From positions 74,908 through 138,907 of the forward strand of contig CAJNYD010000357.1 in the NCBI GenBank assembly GCA_905331295.1: 64,000 nucleotides of DNA. The letters run 5' to 3'. Source of the stretch: Rotaria socialis (taxonomy: Eukaryota). The notes beneath the pieces were generated by a model that saw only the letters and a program-made list of their open reading frames with translations, had not been told where the DNA came from and ran no database searches. Both the position numbers and the translations under genes were made by a program. This document shows, in pieces, positions 21,164 to 34,078 of this stretch. Every line of letters begins with the position of its first letter. Position 1 is the first letter of the stretch.

Positions 21164-23207
21164 CATGAACAAACGGGATAATCTGTCAAATAATTATTCA
21201 TCTTGCCCTTTAGCTCTAGTAGAAAATACTATTAATAAATAAGTCAATTAGGTGAGTAATAAAACAATATATGATAGACTCTAACGTCTTATTTAGTTGT
21301 AATAGCAAGTTGACCATCTGAGAAAATCCGTATTTTGTCTACTCCCGTATTGCAGTAGGAAAGAAAAAAAATAATAGAAATTGTTGATTCAAACATAGTT
21401 TTACAGATTTTTCAGCGATTTGTTCGCTAATTTTAAACCGAGAATTCAGCATAAAAACATTAAGGAATGCAGTTCTTCTGATCGAATCTCATTTGAGAAT
21501 TTTTATGAGACGATTTATAAATATTTTAATAAACACTCTTATACCTTCATTATTGACTTTTGAATTATTTTCACAAGAATCTATTGCAGTGATGAAAAAC
21601 TAGTTGATCATTATTGGTAAGTATATTGATTTAATGAATTTATATTTCAAAATATATTCTTATCTCCTATTTCCCTGTTTATTGTGAAAAATACCAATCC
21701 TTGTCATTTTACTGTAAATTTTTATATCCATATTTGACTTTAGTAACTTTTTTATGATTATATTTCTTTACACGTACTTGTTTTCTGTATTATGTAAAAT
21801 CAAAATGTGAGTTTTATTTTTTTTGTATAAATCATGAATTGCTTTTGGTTCCATTGTTCACTCTACTATGGTGAAGACAATCATTATTGTTTCAACGTGG
21901 CTCTTTTATTTCTATTTCATTACTATTTGATACACATGTCTCACTTTAATATCTTTATAACATGACTCGATTCATCTATCGATCTTTAGCCGTTATCACT
22001 TGAAGCTCTTTCATCAAACGAGCAATTCTAAAATGATCATGATCTGTTTGATTATGAAAAACAAAAAATTTGAATCCTTGATAACGGTGAAGGATTATAA
22101 TTTTTCGAATTTATGTCGTGCATAATTAGATTTGTTGGAATACTTCCTATTAATGTTAATTCAATTCAATCCATCCAAAACTAAGAATAGTAACAGCTAC
22201 GTGATTATCATATGTTCTAATGCTTTACGAACCATCAATGATATTGATGATGCATACCAATAAATCCAACACTGATTTATTATCTTTTATTTGTGTCAAG
22301 GATAAAATTAATGCATATACCGACAAATCTCTCATATGATGCCATGAAACAATTGGTATGAAGAATATTCTTCTCTGGGAACAATTCAATCATGACTTTC
22401 GTTTGACTGTTTTATATTGTAAAACTGTGAATGTATAACTATTCTATCTTTCGCTTAATGTACGGTGCTATTTTTTTTAATCATTTTTGTTCGAGCCATA
22501 TGTATTTTCAATATAGGAATTAAATCTTCAGACATAAACAAGAAATATCATGCATTTATCAATAATTGACGAATGACTAAAAAGCAAGTATAAAATAAGA
22601 TTCATGAATATCTATTTTCAATCGCACTGACATAGAAGTTGAAGCACTATTTTCTTCATTAGATTTTATCAAAATGTCAGTATATTGATTCTTAAAGATG
22701 CACTTGACCTTACTTTTAAGCTGATGGAAATAGTTTCTTCGAGCAAATAAAGAAATAGATTGTATTAGCCAATGATTATTTTATTTATTGTTGTTTGTCC
22801 ATGGTAGTTTGGTTTATGTAATTATCTTATTATGACGTAAAAGATGCTGCAATGTCAACAAAGCATAATGTGTAGGAAGCAAAAAACGAAAAGTTATATT
22901 CCTTGTAAATGAGTCATCATTTCGAAATATTTATGCGTCAAAAGTGACTACCGAAATTTAACGTTTTATCAGCATCAATCTCAAAAGGGTTTTGTCTCAG
23001 CACACATATATATAGGAGAAAAAAAATAATGATGAAATTGAAATCAATTCAAAGAATATTTGAAGTCATTGTGAATTGCAAAATTCCTTCAGTATCTCGG
23101 TTTGGCGAAATCTATCACCATTATTCCTTCATAAATTTATTTGTGGCTATTTTTTAAATATATGGTGTGGGTGTGTCATCATAGATTATAGTTAGATTCA
23201 TAGCATT

Positions 23208-23247
23208 ATACGACGTTTCGTCCTTGCTAAAGGGACTCATCAGGTAT
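23208..23247 (-). ncRNA. Minimal type I hammerhead ribozyme
   Basis: Minus strand ATAC-CTGATGA-GTCC-CTTTAGCAA-GGAC-GAAACGTC-GTAT: canonical core with stems I and II paired; stem III is very short. Confidence 0.75.
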
Positions 23248-23504
23248 TTTTAGAGATCTAAGACTACATAGGGTGAATAATAAATCTAAATTAATTAACT
23301 CCTATATATTCAAAGTCAAATTAAAATTAATTCAGCAAAGGAATTTTTGACAAAAATAGAAACATCCAAGAAGAGATTAATTTAAAACAAGATTAGAAAG
23401 GAGTACAATCAATTTTGAAGAAGAAATTCAAAATGATTTATCATCCATATCGTAGTCCATGAAGAAGGTGTGTCATCATAGATTATAGTTAGATTCATAG
23501 CATT

Positions 23505-23544
23505 ATACGACGTTTTGTCCTTGCTAAGGGGACTCATCAGGTAT
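23505..23544 (-). ncRNA. Hammerhead ribozyme copy with mutated core, probably inactive
   Basis: Tandem duplicate of the 23208 unit; GAAA core changed to AAAA. Confidence 0.6.
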
Positions 23545-23675
23545 TTTTAGAAATCGGTTCTTCAAATCAAGTATCGAATGTTCCAAGCAGTTTTCTATGT
23601 TTTATTATTAGTTGTATCCACGTTTGAAGAAAGAAAGTGCAGAAGATAGAGAAATTCACACAAAATCGCTCAGTT

Positions 23676-24375
23676 CTCGTCTTCGTCAGCATCATAGGTT
23701 TCATCGGTCCGGAGCACCAAGAGTCGGCGGTTCGGTTTCGTATGTATGAAGGAATTTTCCATGGTTCGATTTGTAGTTGCTTTTAATCGAATTTGGATGT
23801 TCTTCAATGTCGAAATATCGTTTTTAAAGTGTAAAGACCACCAGCTATGAAATAGTCTACGGAATTCTTTCGATGTCGATGCGTCGTGTATATATCTAGC
23901 ATACAGAATTGCTCAGTTCCATATCTGTAGCTGAGTATATGTCGGATTTGTTATGGCTTCAGGCAATGATTGCGTCAATTGTTGCTCCCTTTTTGTGAGC
24001 TGTATCATGAGTTCCTGGTGTAATTGTTGATAGAGAGGTTGGTTTAGCATTTGTATTACTTTATTTGCTTTGTTAAGTTCGAAGAATCGTCTGTAATGTT
24101 TGTTCAAGAAGCATGGTGGATATTCATTCAGTAACAGGGACACGTCGATGTGGATACGCTCTGTGTTGAAGTCGTTTGCATTCGAGCATATTTTGGCGGC
24201 TCTTAATAGAGCCGTGTATGGTATGTTACGGTGAATATGAGTAGGATGATCGGATGTATATGGAAGTATGTAGGGTTCCGTTGCATGTTAATGATGTAAA
24301 GATGTTCGTAGGATTCCATTCTGATTATGAATATTCACATCCAGAAAGTCAACTATGTGGCCAATTTGATAGGTT
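23676..24375 (-). pseudogene. Penelope-like/Athena reverse transcriptase thumb and C-terminal fragment
   Basis: Minus-strand translation VDFLDV..NQNGILRTSLHH..TEPYILPYTSDHPTHIHRNIPYTALLRAAKICSN..DFNTERIHIDVSLLLNEYPP. Continues through a stop and frameshift to ..FHSWW..TNRTMENF. No GIY-YIG domain follows. Confidence 0.8.
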
Positions 24376-24490
24376 ATTTTAACCCAAGTAACCAAAATAT
24401 GAAGGGAGACTGCCGACATGACTAGTCAGAAATGTCCACAGCTGCCGTCGAGTCTAGTCTGGGGGTGTGGGTGGGTGTGTTTTATAGCAT

Positions 24491-24534
24491 ACTACGACGC
24501 GTTTCGCCCTTGCTTAAGGGTCTCATCAGGTAGT
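24491..24534 (-). ncRNA. Minimal type I hammerhead ribozyme
   Basis: Minus strand ACTAC-CTGATGA-GACCC-TTAAGCAA-GGGC-GAAA-CGCG-TC-GTAGT, with a palindromic stem III loop. Confidence 0.85.
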
Positions 24535-24678
24535 TTTATCTTTTCTAACTATTCAGATGATTCGAAAATTGCAAATAAGTTACCTAATCTATATTTTTTA
24601 TCAAGAATGGTTCAAGAAAATTCAAGAAAGTTCTTGACAAAAGTAGATACCATTTGGAAAGGGTGTGCTTTATAGCAT

Positions 24679-24722
24679 ACTACGACGCGTTTCGACCTTG
24701 CTTAAGGGTCTCATCAGGTAGT
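24679..24722 (-). ncRNA. Minimal type I hammerhead ribozyme
   Basis: Minus strand ACTAC-CTGATGA-GACC-CTTAAGCAA-GGTC-GAAA-CGCG-TC-GTAGT; all core positions and stems intact. Confidence 0.9.
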
Positions 24723-24778
24723 TTTATCTTTTGTAACTATCTTGAGGGTGTGGAGTGTGGGTGTGGGTGTGAACAGCA

Positions 24779-24822
24779 GCCAAGACCGGTTTCATCCTTG
24801 CTTAAGGGAATCATCAGTTGGC
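24779..24822 (-). ncRNA. Minimal type I hammerhead ribozyme, different family
   Basis: Minus strand GCCAA-CTGATGA-TTCC-CTTAAGCAA-GGAT-GAAA-CCGG-TC-TTGGC, followed by CACACCC repeats. Confidence 0.85.
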
Positions 24823-25314
24823 AAATAATCAATATGATTAAAAAATCAAAAAATTAAATTATTCTGTTATATAGAAAATTTTCAAAACAAAAATTAACTA
24901 TATAATGATAATAACCAGATACAGTAGTGTGAACATAGACGATTGTGAAAAAGATTTCATTTCCCATGTTTGAATGTCCATCGGTGTTTTAGTTGAGATT
25001 ATTTGTAGATGTATATCTGAAGCAAAAAAAGAAATTTAGAACTTTATTGGAAATTGTATTGGTTGGAATTTCGAATCGGTGTCTTTTTTATTTTTATTTA
25101 TTTTGTAGAATGTATGAACAAATTATTGATATGGATTTTTTTCGAAATATTTTTGAATATTCTTTTATTGTTTGGAGGATCGATCATTCTGAGTAGAGAA
25201 TCTTGGTTGTTGATTGGTTTTCGATGAATGGTAACTAGATGATAGTTTTGGTTTGATGTAGGGCCGCGTTCTTTTTTTCGAATTTCTCTAAATAATAGAA
25301 GTAACGGAAGTGTT

Positions 25315-25536
25315 TTAATTTTTTTTTATAGAAAAGGGTGATATCAACGATTTTTTGTTACAGTTGATTGACTTACTTTTGGTTGTTGTTGTGTTTTTTA
25401 ACAATGTTTTGTTTGACCGTTTGCGTATTAGTTCATTGTGTGCAGGACGACGGATACGGTTGCCGACGATTTGTTTTGTATACATTGCTGGTGTATCTTT
25501 AAATGCATGATTGTATACTTGGTGCATATCTCGTTT
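25315..25536 (-). pseudogene. Extreme C-terminus of a second Athena-like ORF, truncated at the hAT boundary
   Basis: Reads KRDMHQVYNHAFKDTPAMYTKQIVGNRIRRPAHNELIRKR and lies upstream of the 24779 hammerhead/pLTR on the same strand. Confidence 0.5.
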
Positions 25537-28500
25537 TAGGGATGCAACAAATCTTCGAAAAGGTTTGGATTTGGGACCAAAGCCTTTGGATTTGGATTTG
25601 ATCGCTGATATTGGATTTGTTTTGTTTTGGGTTTGGATTTGGTTTTGTGATTTTTTATTTTGGTTTGGTTTTGGATTTGGATTTGAGATTTGAGATTTGG
25701 GTTTGGATTTGTATCCTGGATTTGGGTCTAAGGTTTGGATTTGTATTCGAGATTTGGGAATTGGATTTTGATTTTGATTTTAGATTTGAGAATTGGGTTT
25801 GGATTTTGATTTTAGATTTGGGATTTGGGTTTAGGTTTGTAGCTTAGATTTGGGTCTTAGGTTTGAATTTTGATTTTAGATTTGTATTTAGATTTGTATC
25901 TCAGGTTCGAGTCTAAGATGTGAATTTGCATCCTATATTTGGAACTTATATTTGAATTTGAATTTTGATTTGTACAAATCGCACAAATGATGTGGAATTT
26001 ACTAGCAGACATACTCGTCCTTATTTGAGTCGCTCATTCACTACAATAAAATTACAATAGAATTGCTCCTCTATAGTAGTTGAAGTCTGTGGACATCTTC
26101 AATTCCTCAAAATTGACATGTATTAATAGCAATTGTATTATTAATAAGAAGTGGGCCATAATAAATCGAACTCTATGAGTTAGAATTTTGATAATTCTAA
26201 GGAACATCTAAATGTGCACTGAAAAAAAGGTATTTTCGCTCTCGCTTACAGCTCACAGATCATACAACTATGTGCAAGTAATTCCAGTGATATTTCCTAA
26301 TTAGATTTTTCAAGATAGTTTCGTAGTTTCTCTGATCGCATTTGCATTTTTTAAGAAATAGAACAGATATTTATTATTTCAAATAGTGGATTTCACTGTT
26401 ATAAGAACAGAAAACAATAAAAAACGTAGTCATACAAATTTCTTTTCTTTCTATTTACATTCAAACGGACATTTTGATTGACCATCTGACTTTATATATA
26501 TATATATATTGTCGCTAGCAGTTTGAGTATGTATATTATAGTGTACTGTACTTGCATTAGATTTAGGTACTATTTCTCATTCTTATTCGTAAAATATAAA
26601 CCAAAAATCTTCTCAAAAAATAAGAACGAGGAAAGTTCACCACTAAAATCACACCATTGTGTGGATATCCAATCCAACCAATCAGGTCTGGTTTTTAATC
26701 TTTTTCATTGTAAAATATTCTATGATTGATTGCTGTCTTGGATAATCCTATAGCTGCTGTTCCACATTGACGGAAGGCAGTGCAATAGTAGTGAGGTTGA
26801 GGTGGAACACCTGCTAAACGAGTACCATGTCTCATTTTCTTTGTTACTATCTACATTGAAAAATATGATAATCGTATTGTCACTTTTCAAACTTTTTTAG
26901 GTCTTCATCAACACATTTTTTTTAATTTGGTAACATGGATGCAGATATTCATCAAGGAAATACTAACAAAAAAGGTAATCCTATGAGATCACCAGTATGG
27001 CAATATTTCAAGCGGATATCTATCAACGGTGTTTATCGAGCTCAATGCTTAGAAAATGGATGCGATAAAACATTAGCATTAATTAATTGGACAACATCGC
27101 CATTGTTTAAACATCTCCGAGATGTTCATAAAATTCATAATTTGAAAAAAAACTCCAATGGTCGTGTTTTTGTTGGTCGAGTAAAACACAAATTAGCGAA
27201 AACAAAAAAGAAAAAACTTGATAATTTAGCAGTTGAAGCTATTATTAAAGATGGAAGAAGTTTTAATGACTTCAACAAAACTGGATTAAAACAATTTCTT
27301 CAATATGCAATTCCCGGTAATATGAAAATTTTTCTGTTTGTACCTCGATATTTAAACTAATAGTAATTATTCACTGTGGTGATGATAAGCTCCTTTGTTA
27401 GATTGTTTAGCTTTTTACTCAGCAATCTTCGTCTGTATTTTTATTTAAATATAGAAAATTTTATGAAAACTTGTTAGAGACAGTGAAATAATTTGAACTG
27501 TAGAGTGATATCATATAATCTTCACTAAACATTTTTATTAATTTTCTTTATAGGTTATAAGCCCGTTCATCGAAATAATGTTCAACAAAAACTCCGCAGT
27601 TTATATTATTTACATCATAAGCTGTTGGAAAATACGTTATCAAATGTATCTGACATCGCCATTACCTTGGACTTTTGGTCAGATAAGAAATTAAAATCAT
27701 ATTTAGTATTAACAGGACATTTTCTCGATGAAGATTTTCAATCAAAATCAACTATTTTACAATTTTCATCCTTTGATCAACGACATTTTTCTGATTTAAT
27801 TGGGGAAGAAATTGAAAAACAACTGGTTGATCTAAATATATTTGATAAAATCACCACCATAACCTGTGACAATGCTCCTAATATGTTGGGATTATTTAAT
27901 CATTTATCACGTGATATTAAACGCATTCCATGTGTAGCCCACGTACTTCATCTGACAATTTGTAATGCATTAGGTATTTGGCAAGAGGGAGAAGATAATG
28001 ATCTTAATAGAACAACTGATAAATCTAACAATAATATATCTGAAAATGAATTTGATGAAGGTCTTACTCAATCGGTAAGAAAAATGAGTCTTGATGGTGA
28101 TATATCAGGTCAGCAAAATAACCAAGAAAGTGATGAACAAGATGTATTTGGTGATGAAGTGCGTAAAGTTTCGTTTGAAACAAAACCAGCTTTTTTTTTC
28201 TTTAAAGCTGTTTCGTTATTTTTTTCCTCTTTCCATTTCAGACAAGCGAAGACGAAGTAGGATGGGATGATGAAGATAAAATGATAATTGACAATGAAAG
28301 TGGTGAAAAATTTGATGATGAAGGTGGTGAAAATTTTGGTGAAAAAGGTGGTGAAAAAGGTGGTGATGAATATGAATCCGATGGTAGTGATTTTGAAAAG
28401 GATGAAATTGAAGATAATTTTCAAGTTGGTTTAAAAACAAGTGTAAATGATGTTCAAGACGATGCATCAACTACGGCTGAACAACAAATCGCATACGTTT

Positions 28501-30797
28501 TACGAAGTGAGTAATATAATTCATGATCAAGGCAAAACCAGACGAGACCAGATTAAATCGTAACTTTTTTCTAAGGCGATTGAAAAAAATAACGACGTTC
28601 ATGGAGAACTGAGCTAAATTTTAGAATTATAATACATGCTTTAAACAGAAAAGTATTTCTTTTTTCTCTTCATCGTATTAATCAATCGAGCGTATAAAAT
28701 AAATGTTTCTCAGAAATTTATTCTAAAACATTTCATATCTGTAAATCGCATAAGGACAATTAGCTTTTTGGTAAAGTCAGATGAAACTACTAACCGATTT
28801 CGACATCCGCATTTGAGCAATAAAATCATATCACTGCTCTCACTCCTATTTTTTTCACTGGGAATGAATGGTGTTTTTTTTGTTTTTTCGAATAACGCTT
28901 ATCTAATTCATTTTTATTGTTATTAGAATGTCGTCGATTAGTTTCAACAATAAAATATTCCAATGTGTTTCAATTATATCTGAAAGATTTAATTAATGAA
29001 TACAACAATGCACATGAGAAAAAAATTAAACGCTCTCTTCAACTTGATGTAAAATCCCGATGGAGTTCCACGCATTATATGCTGGAAGCATTTCAAATAT
29101 TTCGTCCAATTATTGATAGTTTGTTTAAAAATATACGTAAAATGAATCTGTCAAAGAACCAGACAAATAGTTTACATAAATTAGAAATGTCAAATACTAG
29201 TTGGGATATGGTTGAATTGCTATTAAAAGCTTTAGGACCATTTAAACGTGCAATAAAACTTATAAGTGGATCTCAATATCCAACAGCCGGTTTGGCATTA
29301 TTTATTATACGTAGAATTCAACAAACTTTCCTTGAAAATGTTCGATCAAACGATGGTGAAATGTTTCAAAGAATCAAACAACTTATTCATGAAAAATTAA
29401 TATATTACACAACTGATAAATATGGTGAAGGTTTTACAAATTTAATAGTAAGCCATCACTCATAATATTTAACTAGCAAAAATTCGTTACAGATTACACT
29501 CAATATCTCTCGTTTATATTGATCGAAAGTGTAGGATTTCTTGACTGCTTTGAAAACATATTAAAACATTATTCAATAAACATTGTAATATTTATTTATT
29601 TTATTAGATTCACGCCTACTTTGAACCACATGGTCTTTCTGTATTAACTCAAAAAGAAATAGCATCAACTGAACGTCAATTGAGATATTCAACACGCCAT
29701 TTATTCTCTGATCAACAATCCACGATGATGTCTGGAAAACAAAAACGTTCAGCATTAGATATGTTTCTAGACTCTATTGATGGTGATACTGATTGTGTAT
29801 CACACTCAACTAACAAAACATCAACATCAACATCAACATCTTGCTTTACAAATGAAGCAAAAAAGTATCGTCAATTAGCTAGCAATTTTATGTCCGATGA
29901 TCGGGAAGATAAAAGTGCTGCCCTCTTTTGGAAGTGTAATCAACATTCACTACCAATGTTATCAATATTAGCAAGAAAATATCTTGCAACTCCTGCCACT
30001 AGCGTTCCGTCGGAAAGCGCTTTCAGTAAAAGCGCTTATTATGGTCGAAAAGAGCGGGCTAATATAAATGCCAACACTCTTTCACAATCCGTCTTTTTAA
30101 AAGACAAATTGATGACCGAGAAGTAATCAAGAATGTCAGTTTATGTTCAAAAAAATCAAAAAACATAAATTCGTTTATTATTATATCATTTTCTATACGA
30201 TGTTTTTCCTTTTATATTGTTGTATTGGTAGCTGTTTTTATCACTTTTTATTTTCTTTGTATTTTTGATGACAGCGTTTTTGCTTCAAGTGGGAGATATT
30301 TGTTTTAAAAAGTAAAAGAAAACATGCAACTGATTGAACTTAATGCATCATATATATCACTACTGACTTAAACAAACTGCTTAAAAAATAATTGATATGC
30401 TATATAACACCAAATCCGAACGATTTGGGCCATCTAAGACCAAACCTAAACCAAAATCAAACGATATGAGTCATTGGAGACCAAATCCAAACGATTTGGG
30501 CCATCCAAGACCAAATCCGAACCAAATTCAAATATCTGATATCCAAATCCAAACCAAATCCAAATATCTAGTATCCAAATCCAAACCCAAATCCAAATAT
30601 CATATAACAAATCCAAACCAAATCCAAACATCTGCTACCAAATCCAAAACTAAATCCAAAACATCAAAAGTCAAATCCAAACCAAATCCAAATATCAAAT
30701 ATCAAATCCAAATCCAAATCCAAACCAAATCCAAAATTCAAACCCAAATCCAAATCTTCCAAAACAAATCCAAAGCTTTGGGTTTGTTGCATCCCTA
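25537..30797 (+). mobile_element. hAT DNA transposon, possibly autonomous
   Basis: Perfect 15-bp TIRs TAGGGATGCAACAAA (25537) / TTTGTTGCATCCCTA (30783-30797). Subterminal (TTTGGA)n array at ~25564-25970 and (TCCAAA)n array at ~30410-30775. Internal spliced transposase. Confidence 0.95.
26935..30126 (+). CDS. hAT (Ac/ZBED-like) transposase, 5 exons, ~763 aa
   Basis: Exons 26935-27316, 27554-28158, 28242-28506, 28927-29447, 29608-30126 splice in frame at GT-AG sites. BED finger (SPVWQYF..C..C..KHLRDVH), ITLDFWSD, TCDNA, CVAHVLHL, SRWSST, and hATC motif ARKYLATPATSVPSESAFS. Confidence 0.9.
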
Positions 30798-32729
30798 TCT
30801 TAGTTTATATCATCATGAGATTAAAACAGTTTGCTTAATTTTGATCAATGGCCTATCGTCAAATTTTTACGGACTATCCAATGAGCGTATTGGTTTCTCT
30901 TCATCTCTTTTCTTTGACTCTGAAAATTGGCTAACGCACAGACATTTTTCCTGTTGTCACTCAACATAATCAATATGCACCTCGTAAAACTTCATATTCT
31001 ACTATGATTTACTTTTTTCGAATGAATACATGGGTAACTTGATGTGCTCTACACAATGGTGTCCTCAGAATTATCTGGATCGAAAATCTTCGATTAGTCT
31101 TTTTTGAGTCTGATATTCAAATTTCCAACTCAAACGTGAGTTTCAAGCAAAATAAACTTTTGAATCATGATCAACTGCTTTTAATAAATAAATAGTATGA
31201 TTGATATAAAATTCGCTCGGAACAGGCACTTCTTTCTAAAAAATGTGTCGGTACGTTACCTGCGTTTCGGCTGTTATGCTGCTCATAGTAAAAAAAGCTA
31301 CAAACATGCAAGCAGTATTCTGAGGCGAGAGCATGCCTTATCGGAGATGATAAAATCTCACATTATGCCGTTGATTTCGCAATGAGAGTCACACGAGTAA
31401 GGAAGAAATATGGATAAATTCAAAGAAAAAAATCATTAGATGAGATAAAATATAATGCCTTAACCGTGGTAATAGTAGCCAATAAAATTAGCAAAGTAGT
31501 GACAATGGAAACAGACGAAAACATTATTAAAATGGAAGAAGAACTTAATGACGAAGTCTTCTAATAAATTGCGAGAGATTCAACCAGTATAACACAAAAG
31601 ATTAGTTAATTAGCAAGCAAATTATTTAAGAAAAATAAATGTTCAGAATGCTAAAAATACTAATGATTATTAATTGACGAATTGGCAACAATAAAAGACT
31701 AACCCAAAATGCACATAGACGACAACTTCATGAGAACAGTTGCATATATATATATATGTTCATCTATAACATGTTATTTCTTGAGGATTTGAGCATGCGT
31801 GTGGATATGCAGTATAGGCAATATGGAATAGCTTTTGTGATTAGTTTCAACGTTTGGGAGTATTAAGTTTTCATTGAGAATCTAAAAGGTGCTCATCCAC
31901 ACCCTAATCGTCATCATAACTTTTACTCGAAAATAATAGTCCCGTAGGATTGTAGTTAAGCTAAAGTGTTTCATAAGTAAGCAAGAAGATTTTAAAAAAT
32001 GGTATTATATAACGTTTAATCACACTGACGATCGTATACTGATGTTTGATTTTCATTAAATCGGTGCTCCGTAGAAAATGCAAAGTCATAGTGAAATGAA
32101 CTCAGAATTAATTTAATTATTGCTATACCAGTACACGGGCTTATTATTATTATTTTATTCATAACTCATACTCAAAATAATTCAATTCCATTAAAACAAC
32201 AGATTCAACCGCCAAATAAGTACGCTTCATAAACATATAATTAGGTCAACCATCTATGATATTACCGATCTCTTATTCGTCATTACTTTTTGAAGTAACA
32301 GAATAAATCGTAATATATATTTTGATTCCTTTTCTTTTCAATTGGATTTGAAATGAGTATCATCTGTAAATCCTCGCTAATGAGGTGAAATATCTTTATC
32401 ATATGTTGAGCACATTTGAAGCATCATTAGCATCAACAATGTTACATGCAGATAGACACACTTATTCATTAGTCTTTTATCTTACCATGTTGCATGATTT
32501 ATAGTGATAATTCGTTTTACTGATTATAATTTTTTTCCTCTCAGACAATCAAACTAAGCTTACTGATATTAATTTACTTAACATAGTTGCATATTATTTA
32601 TTTTGAAAAATTAAGTCTTTAGTATTTATTGTGATTGCAATCTAGTCCGTCTATGCTTATGGGCTTCTAGTGTATCTGTTGGATCACGCTCCACTCTACA
32701 TTATTACAAATATATGTTTCTACTGTTGT

Positions 32730-33526
32730 ATCAAGACAGTGAATGAGGTGAAGTAAAAATTTTGCTGTTTCCGAAGTGGCAATTCGGCTAAAAAGTAGGT
32801 AATCATCATTGGGAGCTTCTTGTGTAATATTACTTCCTGAGCGTACGATTAAATAGGATACACCTAAGGTTGGACAAACGTGACCAAGCGGCGCCTATTC
32901 CATTTCCAGAATATCAACTATGAAATGGTTGCGACGTAAATCAATGCATGTTTGAGGTACACCAAATAAATTCGACGATGCAATAACACCGAAACGAACA
33001 CTATTTTGATACGAGATATTTTCATTGAAGATTATTGTTTGTGTTTGATAACGTTGAATTGCTCTTTGAGCAAGTGCTAACATTCTCGCGGTTGGGTTAA
33101 ATGCGTTAATTACTTCTTTTTCGGTATCTGGGCTGTTCATTTATCGATAAACCATATCGCCGTTTGTGATAAGACTGTCATAATCATGCTCATAAATATG
33201 AGTAACAACAATGATATCGTCAGTGCGTACTAGTTGATTAATATGCGCGCCGGTAGCGGTCATTAATACTAGACGAGGTTGAAGCTCTTTGATGAATAAA
33301 GTACTTGCCATACCAGTAAAAGTTTTACCAATGCCAGTGATAGCAATAAAAAGAGATTGCCATCCAATTTGCCTTTCTGGCATGGAATACCCCATAGCTG
33401 CTTCTTTTCGCTCACGACTAAAGTATTAACAAGAAGAGTGATCTCTTGTGGTACAGCTCCAAAAGTCACAATAATATCTTTTGCATCATAATATTGTGGC
33501 TTTTCTTGTTCTAACGGTAGTGTCAT
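32730..33526 (-). pseudogene. 5'-methylthioadenosine/S-adenosylhomocysteine nucleosidase (PNP/UDP family), bacterial-type, disrupted
   Basis: Motifs FGAVPQEI, ITGIGKT, PRLVLMTATGA, FGVIASSNLF, DILEME*APLGHVC..LGVSYLIVRSGSN. Frameshift near 33355 and in-frame stops at 33141 and 32895. No introns. Confidence 0.8.
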
Positions 33527-34078
33527 TTTATTGTTTCATGAAGAATAAAATGCAAATGTATAACATGTGCTAGTTTATGATGTATATCAAAAAGTAAAAG
33601 ACAATATGAGTAAGTATGCTTATCTATTTTCGTTTAGAATTTCTTATCTAGGTGTTAAGACATGAGAGCACTAGCCAATTTGCAAAGTAGAAACTTTCAA
33701 CGAGTATATAATAACAGTTTTTTACATGATTTTGCAGACTACAAAACTCCATTTTCGTTTCATCAATCGTTCTGTGTTAAGCTGTTCGATATAGCTAAAG
33801 CTAATAGTTTCATTTCAATATTTGCTGTCTCAATGCTTGTGATAGGAAGTTGATAATAATTAGAGCTGCCTCTAACGGCGACCATAAGATAGATCTTGAA
33901 TGAAACAGCCGAGATATTACAGTTGAGAACGCCGACTACAGTATATGCTTTGAACTTGACTAACAGCAATAACGTGTAGCGCATTAAGCGGTTTTTTGAT
34001 CGTTTTCGTAAGGGGGTCTTGTTATGTACTTAACTCTATTGCTTCTATCTACCATGTAATACTCCGAATAAATTTAAG

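Larger units (their letters stand above)
23165..25536 (-). mobile_element. Head-to-tail chain of 3' fragments of endonuclease-deficient Penelope-like (Athena/Terminon-type) retroelements
   Basis: Two RT C-terminal remnants, tandem pLTR-like repeats with hammerheads, and GGGTGT telomeric-type repeats at unit junctions (23165-23175, ~24463-24480, ~24743-24771). Confidence 0.85.

Noticed and set aside
21164..23160. Immunity gene or orphan toxin cassette downstream of the giant ORF
   Set aside because: No ORF of 60 aa or more in the track and no recognisable motif; a degraded relic cannot be excluded.
23165..24822. Repeat-spacer pattern superficially like a CRISPR array
   Set aside because: Repeats are hammerhead pLTRs of unequal families with long irregular spacing; eukaryotic context and no cas genes.
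25511..25847. ORFs rich in FGFGF/LDLDL, and the 190-aa KSKPNPN-rich ORF at 30397-30969
   Set aside because: Translations of the hAT subterminal hexamer arrays.
31190..31745. Purine-rich coding-like stretch
   Set aside because: Multiple stops and no recognisable family.
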